Source: Dehalococcoidia bacterium (lineage in GTDB: Bacteria > Chloroflexota > Dehalococcoidia > Lucifugimonadales > Australimonadaceae). Taken from it: a stretch of DNA of 64,000 nt. The position numbers and the translations under genes were made by a program. Of this stretch, positions 17,976 through 27,191 are shown piece by piece. Numbering within the stretch: position 1 is the stretch's first letter; the number at the start of each line of letters is the position of its first letter. The DNA is taken from assembly GCA_965200975.1 (NCBI GenBank), contig OZ241740.1:1346636-1410635 (forward strand), given 5' to 3'. Under the pieces are notes generated by a model, which had not been told where the DNA came from, did not search any database, and was given only the letters and a program-made list of their open reading frames with translations.

Positions 17976-18536
17976 TCAACGTCGTTCCACTGCATTTGCG
18001 CCGGCATCCGAGTCATATCCGCCTGATTGGGCGGGGAGGGTGGGGGCTGGAGGCGGCGCCGTTCGCAGCGACGGCGGGCCCGCCAGCGTCAGTTCGACGC
18101 ATGGCATTCGGTCGAACACGCGGCGGACGAGGTAGAACGGCCCCCACCAGGGCAAGCGCAGCGCCCGGTTGACGCCCGCGGCGTACATCGTCCACGAAAG
18201 CGCTCTGCGCTGGGAGCCGGGCAGGCGCGTCCAGCGCGCTACGTACCGCATTATGTAGTCGGCGCGCTCACGGCGACCGCGCACGACCCGCGCCCGGACC
18301 GGCGCTTCCACCCAAACGCTTCCCTCGACCGTGTAGAGGGTTTGGTTAGGGAAGGCGCCCAGATTCGCCACCCAGTCCCGCTTGCCGGGGAAGCCGGAGA
18401 GGCGCACCTTGTCGCGCCCATCCCAGTCGTATGTCGTCTCGAGCACGCGCGGCAGGCCGCTCCGCCGTCCGGTGTGGGAGACTCGCACGACGAAGCTGGA
18501 CGCGAGAATGCTCCGGAGCGTCTCGTCGGGCGTCAT
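17976..18536 (-). CDS. deazaflavin-dependent nitroreductase (DDN)-like / PNPOx-like family protein
   Basis: Internal ATG at 18536 within the 554-aa composite ORF. TGRRSGLPR..., RDWVANLGAFPNQTLY resemble the DDN family (..GRKSG.PR.., W..NL.A.P). Its ATG overlaps the MFS stop (ATGA). Confidence 0.5.
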   Translation of the reverse strand: MTPDETLRSILASSFVVRVSHTGRRSGLPRVLETTYDWDGRDKVRLSGFPGKRDWVANLGAFPNQTLYTVEGSVWVEAPVRARVVRGRRERADYIMRYVARWTRLPGSQRRALSWTMYAAGVNRALRLPWWGPFYLVRRVFDRMPCVELTLAGPPSLRTAPPPAPTLPAQSGGYDSDAGANAVERR

Positions 18537-19831
18537 GGAATGTCTCCCTTGTCCACGAGCGCCGGGAAGATGCGCCGCAACAGCACGATGGAGAGGATTC
18601 CTGCGAGCGCGACGTACGTCACGCTCTCGCGCGGGCCCACCAGTTCGCCGATGATCCCCATCACGAACATTCCCGGCGCCTGAAACCCGATGCCGAGGAC
18701 AATGCCGCCCATCGCGCGGCCCCGCTGGTCCGGCGCGACCGCCTCCATTGGGATGACCGGCTGCATCGTCGCGAACGCTGCAAGCCCCAGCCCGGCGACG
18801 AACATGAATCCCAGCGCGAGCGGATACAGCGGAGTCCAGGCGTACGCGGTCGCGGCCGCCATAAGCAGCCCGGCGCCCAGCGTGTACACGTTGCCCTTCT
18901 TCATCGGTTTGGCCGAGGCGATTACGGCGGCGCCGACCAGCGCGCCGAGGCCGAGCGCGCTCAGCAACAGCCCGTACTCCACCTCTCCAACGCCGATGAT
19001 GTCGCGCGCGATCACCGGCACCATCTGAATGAACGGCCAGCCGAAGAAGTTGAACGAGGCGGTGACGAGCACGGCGCCCAGCACCGTGCGGTTGCGCTTC
19101 ATAATGAAGGCCGCCTCCGCGATCTGCCGGAGCGCCGACCCCTTCTCCGTTCGAGTCTGCCGCACGCGCACGCGCATATTGAGGACGAGCAGCAGCGCCG
19201 CCGCCATCATCAGCGCGATGCCCACGTACGCTCCTGCGAAGTCCGTGTACCGCACCAGCAGCGTCCCCAGCAACGGGCCGATCATGTTCGACCCGGTCAC
19301 GAGCCCGGAGTCCAGCGCCACAGCGTTCGTGAGCGCGCCTCCCTTGAAGATGTCGGCCAGCAACGCTCGCCGGGCCGCATAGTCGATAGCCCACGACGTG
19401 CCGGTGATGAATATCATTGCGAATGCGTGCCAGTGCTCCGCCCATCCCTGATAGAGGAGAACCACCATTACGAGGGCGGCGGCCAGGTTTAGCGATTGGG
19501 CGCCCCGCATCAGCACATGGCGGGGGAAGCGGTCGGACAGTCCGCCGGCGATAAGCCCGAAGAGGAACATCGGCGCAATGCGGCTGACGCCCACCAGCGC
19601 GACCTGCAGCTCCGAGCCGGTGATAGTGAGCACGAACCACGAGAGCACTGCGATCTCAGTGCCCCGGTAGGTGTAGTAGAAGACGCCGATGCTCCAAATT
19701 CGCCGGAACGTGGGGTCTTGAAGCGCCGCGAAAGTTCCGAAGCGTGTGAGAAGGGCAAGGGCGATAGCTGGAGTGCGGACCATGGGCAGCCACGCTATTC
19801 TACCCGCCGGAAACAAAAGCCGTACGACCAT
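18533..19831 (-). CDS. MFS transporter
   Basis: 432 aa, about 12 hydrophobic helices, with GGLSDRFPR loop 2-3 motif. The start may be the internal Met at 19783. Confidence 0.8.
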   Translation of the reverse strand: MVVRLLFPAGRIAWLPMVRTPAIALALLTRFGTFAALQDPTFRRIWSIGVFYYTYRGTEIAVLSWFVLTITGSELQVALVGVSRIAPMFLFGLIAGGLSDRFPRHVLMRGAQSLNLAAALVMVVLLYQGWAEHWHAFAMIFITGTSWAIDYAARRALLADIFKGGALTNAVALDSGLVTGSNMIGPLLGTLLVRYTDFAGAYVGIALMMAAALLLVLNMRVRVRQTRTEKGSALRQIAEAAFIMKRNRTVLGAVLVTASFNFFGWPFIQMVPVIARDIIGVGEVEYGLLLSALGLGALVGAAVIASAKPMKKGNVYTLGAGLLMAAATAYAWTPLYPLALGFMFVAGLGLAAFATMQPVIPMEAVAPDQRGRAMGGIVLGIGFQAPGMFVMGIIGELVGPRESVTYVALAGILSIVLLRRIFPALVDKGDIP

Positions 19832-19920
19832 GGATTTGGCGGCGGCTCGACCGCCGGTTGGGAGCCGGTTGGGAAAGATTCTATCGATTGTTCAAGATTT
19901 CCACCGGCAGCGCCTGCAAA

Positions 19921-20040
19921 GCTCCGCTCGACAGGGTACGGCGCCGATCGGCGGATGTCGGCTCTGGTCGGCAGAGCACGGCGCCGATCGGCAGACGTCG
20001 GCGCCAGTCGGCAGAGGTCGGCAGGCATTAGCTCCGGTCG
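19921..20040. repeat. array of twelve 10-bp units (consensus GC-N5-TCG), with 20-bp and 40-bp higher-order periodicity
   Basis: Consecutive 10-mers: gctccgctcg acagggtacg gcgccgatcg gcggatgtcg gctctggtcg gcagagcacg gcgccgatcg gcagacgtcg gcgccagtcg gcagaggtcg gcaggcatta gctccggtcg. Confidence 0.85.
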
Positions 20041-20129
20041 CATCAAGCCCTGGCCCGTATGGACACGGGTAATTCCCCGCCCATACACTTTCGAGAGTCC
20101 CATAGCGAGTACGCGAGGAGCGGCTTCGG

Positions 20130-20474
20130 ATGCTGCGGTCAGCGCTCATCGGCGCGGCTATCACTTTGGCCTGCATCGTTGTGCCGGTCGTGCACTTCAT
20201 AACGGCGATTCCGTCAGCGTTCATTGGCGGGTACGTCGCCGGGGCCCGGCTGGCTTGCGCTCCCGGCCAGGCGCTTGCAGTCGCGGGGTTGATGGCCGCC
20301 CTGCTCGCCGTCCCCGTCCTCGCAGCCGCCGTCATCGTGCGGATTGTCGACCCCGAGTTCCCTATAGGGTTCGTCGCCGGCGCCGGCGTTACGCTCCTGG
20401 TCTGGTTTGGCGGCAGCGGAGCAGTGGGCGCCGCCCTCGGCGGCGTCAGCGCCCGCCGCAAGGCCTCGCAGTAA
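20130..20474 (+). CDS. small hypothetical membrane protein (3-4 predicted TM helices)
   Basis: 114 aa, Ala/Gly/Val-rich hydrophobic segments, GAGGAG 9-14 nt upstream of the ATG, G/C-rich third positions. No homology recognised. Confidence 0.45.
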   Translation: MLRSALIGAAITLACIVVPVVHFITAIPSAFIGGYVAGARLACAPGQALAVAGLMAALLAVPVLAAAVIVRIVDPEFPIGFVAGAGVTLLVWFGGSGAVGAALGGVSARRKASQ

Positions 20475-20593
20475 CGCCCGCCGCGACCGCTTCCCGCTAG
20501 CCGTCCTCCGCGTTCGATCGCTGCGTTCACGCCCCCGGCAAAGGAGTTTAGACGCGGTTTTGCCAAATATTGGGCTAATCTCTAGCAAAAGTA

Positions 20594-20622
20594 TTGACTT
20601 CTCGAAAAACACGGCGGATAGT
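20594..20622 (+). promoter_or_regulatory. sigma70-like promoter candidate TTGACT-N17-GATAGT upstream of the MBL gene
   Basis: Lies in an unusually AT-rich stretch (20555-20640), 40 nt upstream of ATG 20663. An alternative is TTGCCA-N17-TAGCAA at 20560-20588. Confidence 0.35.
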
Positions 20623-20662
20623 ACCCAAATGCTCGCGGTATGCTCGTGACAGGAGATCCCTC

Positions 20663-21613
20663 ATGCCCCAGCCGCAACGACCATTCGCCCGCCTCATGCG
20701 CATAGGAACCACTCGCTTCGACGGGGGCAGTCTGTTCGGGGCCACCCCAAAGACGACCTGGGAAGCCTTTACCCCGCCCGACCGGCAGAACCGCGTCGCC
20801 ATCGGCAACTTCTGCATGCTGATCGACCACCCCGACGGATGGGTGCTCGTCAACTCCGGCCCCGGCGACAAACCCCCTGTCGACTTCAATATCCCTCCCT
20901 CACGGAGCCGTTCCTCGCTCCTCAGAGAGCTCAGGGATCTCAGCCTGACGCCCAAGGACATCGCCGTCGTCATCTACACGCATATGCACGACGAATACAC
21001 CGGCGGCGGCACTCACTTCACCTCGTCCGGGCGCACCATCCCTACCTTCCCGAACGCGCGCTACATCGTTCATAGCGACGCGCTCAAGGACGCCCTCTCT
21101 CCAAACGAGCGCCGCAAGAAGCACTATCGCCGCGACAACGCCGAACCGCTCCTCGAGTACGGCGTTCTCGAAACCGTCGACAGCTCCGCCGAGGTCTGCT
21201 CCGGCGTATGGGTCGAACCTGCGCCGGGCCCCACTCCCGGCCACCAGATCGTCATCTGCCAGAAGAACAAGGCCACGTTCGCGTTCCTGGGATCGCTCGT
21301 GCCGACGTCGATGCACCTCTGGCCAATGGTCAACTCCGCTATCGACTGGAACCCTGAGGCGACCGCCCGCACCAAGTCCGAAGTGCGCCGCCAGGCCGTC
21401 GCTGAACGCTGGCAAGTCGGGCCTGTCGGCGGAGACGATTGGGCCACTGCCGCCGAGCTGGACAGCCTCGCAGCGTTCAGCATTGGCCAGACCCAAGCGG
21501 CCCCTGCAAAGACGCAGCGGAAAGCCGCCGCCAAGCCCACAGCCCCCGCCATTGCAAAGAAGGTCGCCGCGGCAAAGGCGGCAAAAGCCGAGAGGGTTGC
21601 GATTCCCGCCTAG
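20663..21613 (+). CDS. MBL-fold metallo-hydrolase-like protein with Ala/Lys-rich C-terminal tail
   Basis: ATG 20663 follows AGGAGA. ..[13 protein letters not shown].. sits at the position of the HxHxDH motif but is degenerate. The last ~45 aa are [32 protein letters not shown].. Confidence 0.6.
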   Translation: MPQPQRPFARLMRIGTTRFDGGSLFGATPKTTWEAFTPPDRQNRVAIGNFCMLIDHPDGWVLVNSGPGDKPPVDFNIPPSRSRSSLLRELRDLSLTPKDIAVVIYTHMHDEYTGGGTHFTSSGRTIPTFPNARYIVHSDALKDALSPNERRKKHYRRDNAEPLLEYGVLETVDSSAEVCSGVWVEPAPGPTPGHQIVICQKNKATFAFLGSLVPTSMHLWPMVNSAIDWNPEATARTKSEVRRQAVAERWQVGPVGGDDWATAAELDSLAAFSIGQTQAAPAKTQRKAAAKPTAPAIAKKVAAAKAAKAERVAIPA

Positions 21614-22347
21614 TTGCGGGGCGGCCAGCCAAGCTCCTCGAGGACGCGCAGGTCGTCCTCGCTCAGCGCAGCGTTCGCGAGCATATCCGGCCGGCGCTCG
21701 AGCGTGCGACGCAGAGCCTCGCGCCGCCGCCATCGCGCGATAGCGGCGTGATCGCCCGAGAGCAGCGTATCCGGCACGACTGCCCCTTCGAATTCCGCAG
21801 GCCGCGTGTACTGCGGGTGCTGCAGTAGACCAGACGTGTGCGAGTCGTCTTGCAACGCTTCGACTCCATGCCCCAGCGTTCCCGGCAGAAGGCGCACGAC
21901 GGCGTCGATCACCGTCATCGCGGGAATTTCGCCTCCGCTCAGCACGTAATCGCCCACGCTCAGCTCTTCCGCTCCCGTCAGATGCAGCACCCGTTCGTCG
22001 ATCCCTTCGTACCGCCCGCAGACGAGGATGACGCGCTCCATTCCGGCGAGGCGCTCCGCCTCCCGTTGCTGGAACAGCCGCCCTTGCGGACTCAGCACGA
22101 TGACGGGCGTGTCCGGCGGCTCCCGCAAGGCCCTCACCGCCTCGAGCAGCGGGCCGGGCCGCATCACCATTCCCGGCCCGCCGCCAAACGGCGCATCGTC
22201 GGTCGAGCGATGGCGGTCGCGTGTGAAGTCGCGCAGGTCGTGCGTCTTCACTTCGGCGAGGCCGGCTTCGATGGCTCTTCCCACGACGCCGAACGAAAAC
22301 GCCGCGCTGAACATCTCGGGGAATATGGTGACGACGTCGATGCGCAT
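21610..22347 (-). CDS. trmD: tRNA (guanine37-N1)-methyltransferase
   Basis: [13 protein letters not shown].., ..[13 protein letters not shown].., ..[13 protein letters not shown].. are typical TrmD sequences. Confidence 0.9.
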   Translation of the reverse strand: MRIDVVTIFPEMFSAAFSFGVVGRAIEAGLAEVKTHDLRDFTRDRHRSTDDAPFGGGPGMVMRPGPLLEAVRALREPPDTPVIVLSPQGRLFQQREAERLAGMERVILVCGRYEGIDERVLHLTGAEELSVGDYVLSGGEIPAMTVIDAVVRLLPGTLGHGVEALQDDSHTSGLLQHPQYTRPAEFEGAVVPDTLLSGDHAAIARWRRREALRRTLERRPDMLANAALSEDDLRVLEELGWPPRN

Positions 22348-22353
22348 CGGCGG

Positions 22354-22836
22354 CTAGTGGCCGCGGTCGGCGCCGGTGAGCTGGCCAAGCGCGTGCGGCA
22401 GCGCCGGCCTCAGCGCCTCGAGTCCTTCGCGCACGCCTTTGGGGCTGCCTGGCAGGTTGACGATGAGCGTGCGTCCGCGGATGCCTGCGATTCCCCGGCT
22501 AAGCATCGCCATCGGCGTCTTGGTCATCCCGTACGCTCGCATCGCCTCGGCAAGCCCCGGCGCGGCCCGGTCGATCACTGCGAGCGTCGCCTCCGGCGCC
22601 ACATCGCGGTCGGTGAACCCGGTGCCTCCGGTGGTCACAATCAGATCCAGGCCGTCTTCGTCCGCCCATGCTCTGAGCGCGCGCTCTAGCGTCGGCTGGT
22701 CGTCAGGGACTACTTCGTATCTGCGGCAGTCGTAGTCGGGCGGGGCGAGGATTTCGCGTATGGCGGCGCCGCTCGTGTCCTCGCGCTCGCCCCTGGCGCC
22801 GGCGTCGCTGCTCGTGAGGATGCCGAGGGCGTACAC
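22354..22836 (-). CDS. MogA/MoaB-type molybdopterin adenylyltransferase family protein
   Basis: 160 aa with TTGGTGFTDRD and LSRGIAGIRGRTLIVNLPGSPKG. Confidence 0.8.
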   Translation of the reverse strand: MYALGILTSSDAGARGEREDTSGAAIREILAPPDYDCRRYEVVPDDQPTLERALRAWADEDGLDLIVTTGGTGFTDRDVAPEATLAVIDRAAPGLAEAMRAYGMTKTPMAMLSRGIAGIRGRTLIVNLPGSPKGVREGLEALRPALPHALGQLTGADRGH

Positions 22837-22850
22837 CGCGAGCTGCCCTC

Positions 22851-23300
22851 TCAGGCGAGGTTGGCCACAGCCTGCAGCGCGCGGCCAACGTGATGGCTCA
22901 TGATCAGCTCTTCGTGGAACACGCCGCGGATCACGGCCTCACTGTCGATAACGTAGGTAACGCGAGAGGTGCCCAGGTTAAAGCGCCGTGCAACGTCGTA
23001 CTGACGCCGCACTTCGCCGGACGGGTCGCTGCCCATAGGGAATGGCGCTTCGCACGACGCCTTGAACTGCTCTGTGGTGGCTACGCTTTCGGGGCCGACG
23101 CCGATGACGATAGCGTTGAGCGCCAGGAACTCGTCGTAGGCGCGGCGGAAAACCTTTGTCTCCAGCGAGCAGCTCAGCGTGAAGGCTTTGGGGTAGAAGT
23201 AGAGCACTACGTTCTTACCCCGGTAATCGGAGAGCGTGAATTGCTCCCCTGAACCGAGAGGAACCGTGAAGTCCGGAGCGGGAGTGCCTACCTTGAGCAT
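22851..23300 (-). CDS. bcp: peroxiredoxin, Bcp/PrxQ type
   Basis: PAPDFTV..., [14 protein letters not shown] (TxxC peroxidatic Cys). No second Cys at +5. Confidence 0.8.
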   Translation of the reverse strand: MLKVGTPAPDFTVPLGSGEQFTLSDYRGKNVVLYFYPKAFTLSCSLETKVFRRAYDEFLALNAIVIGVGPESVATTEQFKASCEAPFPMGSDPSGEVRRQYDVARRFNLGTSRVTYVIDSEAVIRGVFHEELIMSHHVGRALQAVANLA

Positions 23301-23395
23301 ACTGGGGCGATATTACCACCAATACCAGCGCTTGGGAATAGCAACGCCGCGTTTTCTTACGCGATAAACTGGATGGTGTGAGCCAGGCCGCGCGT

Positions 23396-23472
23396 CGGGG
23401 CGTGGCGCAGACCGGCAGCGCGCCTGCTTTGGGAGCAGGAGGTCCTGGGTTCAAATCCCAGCGCCCCGACCA
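23396..23472 (+). tRNA. trnP: tRNA-Pro (anticodon UGG), CCA encoded
   Basis: Folded by hand. Acceptor CGGGGCG/CGCCCCG, D stem GCGC/GCGC, anticodon stem CCTGC/GCAGG with loop TTTGGGA, variable loop AGGTC, T arm CTGGG-TTCAAAT-CCCAG, discriminator A, CCA. Confidence 0.9.
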
Positions 23473-23638
23473 ATTTGCTACTCCGCCATTCCCGCGCCCT
23501 CTCCTCTTCCAGCCGCCCCCCAGCCGCCTCCGCCTCGACCGCTTGCCTGCGAGGCGGCGCCCGCCGCCGCTGCGGAAAGGCGCCGCGCAGGATGAAAGAG
23601 GCGTATCCTCAGCGCGTGCAAGCACCGGCGGCGCCAAC

Positions 23639-24898
23639 ATGCGAATAGGGTCGACTCCCCTCCGGTCGGCCATCCTCTTCCTCTACTTTCCGTCAATCCT
23701 TATGGGGCTGGGGCAGGGGATGGTCATCCCCGCGCTGCCCCTTATCGGCGAGGCCTACAACGTCCCGGGAGCGCTCGCCGCGCAGGTGCTTACTGTGCAG
23801 CTCCTGGGGCGAATGATTACGCTCATTCCCGCCGGCGCCATGATCGACCGCTTCGGCGTCAAGCCTTCCATGGTAGGCGGCGCTCTTCTCGCCGCGCTCA
23901 GCGCCTTTGGCGCCGCCTACGCGCCGAGCTTCCTCGCCATCGCAGCCACCCAGTTCACCCTTGGCATGGGAAAGAGCATCTGGATGTTCGGGCGCGAGCT
24001 CTCGGCAGTCGATATGGTTCGCCGCGAGCAGCGAGGGCGGCAGATGAGCGCGCTGATGGGCATCAGCAGCACAGGCATGGCGTTCGGCCCCGCCCTTGGC
24101 GGAGTCCTTGCCGACGCGGTCGGCGTGCGCGGACTCTTCCTCACGCTCGCCGCAGTGTCGGGAGTCGTCTTCGTTATCTCCGCAGCCTACAAGGAGACCT
24201 CGCAGCGCACTGCGGGAGAGCGCAGCCCTGTCTTCAACTTCAAGGTCGTCAGCCTGATCCATCCGTACTTCCGGCTTACCTACCTCATCCTCTTCTTCTC
24301 GACGTTCGCGCAGATGCTCCGCTCGCAGGTCACGAACTCGATGCTGCCGCTCTACAGCCAGGACGAGCTTGGCTACTCCGCGACATTCACAGGCATCCTC
24401 TTCACCCTCATCGGGCTCACCACGTTCTCGATGATCATCCCCACCGGGTTCATCTCCGACAAGCTTGGCCGCAAGTGGGCGGCGGCGCCCGCCGCGGTGC
24501 TCACTACTGCGGGGTTCATCCTCTTTCCCCTCGGAGGCGCCGTCTGGTCGCTCGTCGCCGCCGCGGTTCTCGTCGGCCTCGCCAACGGGCTTGCCATGGG
24601 CGCAATGACGATCTACACCTACGATTTCGTGCCGCGTCACGCCCGGGCGCAGCTGCAAGCGTTGCGGCGCACCGCAGGCGAACTCGGCGCGGTAATGTCG
24701 CCTCCCGTCGCCGGCGTCGCCGCCACGCTGTTCTCCGCCGGGACGTCGTTCTGGTTCTTTGCGCCGCTCCATGCGGTGTCGGCCATCCTGCTCGTCGCCG
24801 TTGCGCGCGAAAGCTTGCAGGGCCGCCGCGGCCCGAACGCCCCGACTACCGAAGAGATCGAAGCAGGGCGGCCCGCGTCTACGCAGCCGCGATTGTAG
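23639..24898 (+). CDS. MFS transporter
   Basis: ATG 23639 (MRIGSTPL..) is in frame with the 23378 ORF, whose 5' part overlaps the tRNA. About 12 TM helices, with an MIDRFGVKP loop motif. Confidence 0.8.
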   Translation: MRIGSTPLRSAILFLYFPSILMGLGQGMVIPALPLIGEAYNVPGALAAQVLTVQLLGRMITLIPAGAMIDRFGVKPSMVGGALLAALSAFGAAYAPSFLAIAATQFTLGMGKSIWMFGRELSAVDMVRREQRGRQMSALMGISSTGMAFGPALGGVLADAVGVRGLFLTLAAVSGVVFVISAAYKETSQRTAGERSPVFNFKVVSLIHPYFRLTYLILFFSTFAQMLRSQVTNSMLPLYSQDELGYSATFTGILFTLIGLTTFSMIIPTGFISDKLGRKWAAAPAAVLTTAGFILFPLGGAVWSLVAAAVLVGLANGLAMGAMTIYTYDFVPRHARAQLQALRRTAGELGAVMSPPVAGVAATLFSAGTSFWFFAPLHAVSAILLVAVARESLQGRRGPNAPTTEEIEAGRPASTQPRL

Positions 24899-24935
24899 TA
24901 GCCTTGCGGACATTCCCGCCGAAGGGGGTTGAACC

Positions 24936-25985
24936 ATGGCCACGACCGTACGCACATCCGTCATCGACGCCGATTGCCACGTTATCGAAACGCCGCGCAC
25001 GTTCGATTTCATGCGTGAAGAAGACGCTCGCCACCGGCCGATCGCGCTGGTGCGGGAAGACGGCGCCAACACCGACAAGTACTGGTTCCTCGAAGGGCGC
25101 GCCTGGCGCATGAACCAGAACGTCGGGCCCGAGTTCCCCTCCGCCGCCCGCGAAGTGGCCGATATCGAGGCGCGCCTTGCCCACATGGACGAGCTCGGCG
25201 TGGATATGCACATCCTCTACCCGACGATGTTCCTGCGTCCGCTGACCACGCACGCCAACACCGACTACGCCATCTCCCGCGCGTACAACCGCTGGCTCGC
25301 GGACGTTTGGGAGAAGGGCCGCGGCAGGCTCCGCTGGGCCGTCATTCCTCCGCTTCTCAGCATCGACAAGGCTATCGAGGAGATACATTTCGGCAAGGAG
25401 CATGGCGCTTGCGCCGTCTTCTTCCGGGGCCATGAGCACGGGATGATCCTCGCTGACCCGTACTTCTTCCCCATCTACGCGGAAGCAGAGAGTCTTGGCC
25501 TCCCCATCGCCGTGCACGCCGCCGCCGGAGACTTCGCAGCGATGGATCTTGTCGACCGCAGCTTTGGCCTCCAGACATTCAAGTTCCCGACCGTCGGAGC
25601 CTTCAGCGACCTGGTGCTCCACCGCGTGCCCGAGAAGTTCCCCGATCTCAGCTGGGCCTTCATCGAGGTTACTTCGCAGTGGTTGCCCTATGTGATGAAC
25701 GACCTCGTGCTCCGCTCCAGCCGCTTCGCCGACGGGGCATTCCCCCGCGACGCCCAGCTCATGGAGGAGTACCGCCTCTACGTCGGCTGCCAGACCATCG
25801 ACGACCTCGGCTATGTGATCGACCGCGTCGGCGACGACCACCTTGTCATCGGCACCGACTACGGGCACGCGGACACGACTGCCGAGATCGACGCCCTCAG
25901 CAAGCTCGCCGACGGCGGCAAAGTCTCCGTGGAGTCCACGCGGAAGATACTCAGCGACAACCCCAAACGGCTGTACGGCCTGTAG
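24936..25985 (+). CDS. amidohydrolase-2 (ACMSD/LigW-like metal-dependent hydrolase/decarboxylase) family protein
   Basis: VIDADCHVIE N-terminal metal motif and C-terminal IGTDYGHAD. Paralog of 44187..45299. Confidence 0.75.
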   Translation: MATTVRTSVIDADCHVIETPRTFDFMREEDARHRPIALVREDGANTDKYWFLEGRAWRMNQNVGPEFPSAAREVADIEARLAHMDELGVDMHILYPTMFLRPLTTHANTDYAISRAYNRWLADVWEKGRGRLRWAVIPPLLSIDKAIEEIHFGKEHGACAVFFRGHEHGMILADPYFFPIYAEAESLGLPIAVHAAAGDFAAMDLVDRSFGLQTFKFPTVGAFSDLVLHRVPEKFPDLSWAFIEVTSQWLPYVMNDLVLRSSRFADGAFPRDAQLMEEYRLYVGCQTIDDLGYVIDRVGDDHLVIGTDYGHADTTAEIDALSKLADGGKVSVESTRKILSDNPKRLYGL

Positions 25986-26002
25986 CAGGCGCCTGCGCCC
26001 CG

Positions 26003-26953
26003 CTACCGGCCTTCAGCCGCGCGCATCTCCGCGACGTAGTCGGCGAACGCATCGGCTATCGAGTACTCAGGCGACCAGTCAAGCAACGCTTTCGCCTGCG
26101 AAATGTCCAGCGGGGATGTCGCCGACGGCACTGGCTGGTCGGTCGGCGCGATGCTCACCTGCAGGCCAGGCAGCACGGAGCGCACTGCGTCCGCGAGATC
26201 TTCGAACGACGTGATGTAGCCGTTGCCCGCGTTGAACGCCGTAACGCCCGACACCGGCGCCGTGGCGGCGCGGCGCGTCAGCCGGCCCAGATCCTTGCAG
26301 TACACGTACTCGAACGCCCGCGCGCGGACCGCCGGCACAACCAGCGGCTCGCCGGTGAACCCGGCCTCCACCAGACTGTGCACCGTCATTCCTCCGCCGG
26401 AGCCGCCGCGGAAGTGTCCGTACCCGAACACGTTCGACGGCCTCACGAACACCAGCTCGAACCCGTAATGCGCCGCGTACGCGTGCGCAATGTGCTCGTT
26501 GGCCACCTTCGACGCGGAGTAGGGATTGCCTTCTCCGGCGCGCGGATAGTCCTCAGCAATCAGCGCTCCCGCCTCTGACCTGCGGTCGTACACGCCGTAA
26601 GTGCTCACGTGAACGAACCGTTTCACCCCGGCGAGACGCGCAGCCTCCAGCACGTTGATAGTCCCTTGCACGTTTATCTGCATTCCCGTGTATACCGGGC
26701 TGCCGACGCTGTTGCCTATCAGTCCCGCCGTGTGCACAACGATGTCGGGCTTGTGCTCCTGCATTGCTCCGACAAGCGCCGGAAGGTCGCGCAGGTCTCC
26801 CTGCACCGTCGTGTACGAGGCGTCGCCGAGCTTGGCCTTCAGGTAGCCTGCGTCTGGTCGCGCGTCGAAAATTACAGCCGGGTCGCCCTGCGCCAGCGCC
26901 TCGCGCGCGTACGCGGTCCCGACGAGTCCTGCTCCGGTGATGAGGCTGGTCAT
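26003..26953 (-). CDS. NAD-dependent epimerase/dehydratase (extended SDR)
   Basis: ITGAGLVGT Rossmann motif and YSASK catalytic motif. Confidence 0.8.
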   Translation of the reverse strand: MTSLITGAGLVGTAYAREALAQGDPAVIFDARPDAGYLKAKLGDASYTTVQGDLRDLPALVGAMQEHKPDIVVHTAGLIGNSVGSPVYTGMQINVQGTINVLEAARLAGVKRFVHVSTYGVYDRRSEAGALIAEDYPRAGEGNPYSASKVANEHIAHAYAAHYGFELVFVRPSNVFGYGHFRGGSGGGMTVHSLVEAGFTGEPLVVPAVRARAFEYVYCKDLGRLTRRAATAPVSGVTAFNAGNGYITSFEDLADAVRSVLPGLQVSIAPTDQPVPSATSPLDISQAKALLDWSPEYSIADAFADYVAEMRAAEGR

Positions 26954-27191
26954 TCTCTTGCTCCTTCGGTTTGGTGTGCGGACGCCGCCCGCCCCATTGT
27001 AGAGAGTTAGGGACTACGGCGGCGCGCGGCCCATTCCCGGGCGTCGCCGTCACGCGCCGACTCCTCGCCTCTGAACAGGCGCCGCCCGACTCCGCCGCTA
27101 GCAATTTCCGCGCGATAGGCGTACTTTCCGCAGTGTATTCGGGCGCCTGATGCTTGCTCCGGAACTCGCAGCGGAACGCAGAGGTGGACTA

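Noticed and set aside
17976-19640. 554-aa ORF on the minus strand.
   Set aside because: It is a composite. Only its last 186 codons (from ATG 18536) look like a real DDN-like protein. The upstream part is an out-of-frame shadow of the MFS gene (18533-19831).
19921-20040. Possible CRISPR array (also considered for the 27-nt repeats at 32540-32728).
   Set aside because: The units are contiguous with no spacers. They are 10 nt, or 27 nt inside a coding PT linker, and no cas genes are present.
23396-23472. tRNA-Pro as the integration site of a genomic island covering the catabolic region.
   Set aside because: No integrase, excisionase or transposase is present. I did not see a direct repeat of the tRNA 3' end further downstream by eye, and there is no obvious compositional shift. 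This cannot be fully excluded without a repeat search.
21610-23472. trmD lying about 1 kb from a tRNA-Pro(UGG) with G37, a classical TrmD substrate.
   Set aside because: The genes are on opposite strands and separated by mogA-like and bcp genes. This is most likely coincidence, with no operon or regulatory link visible.
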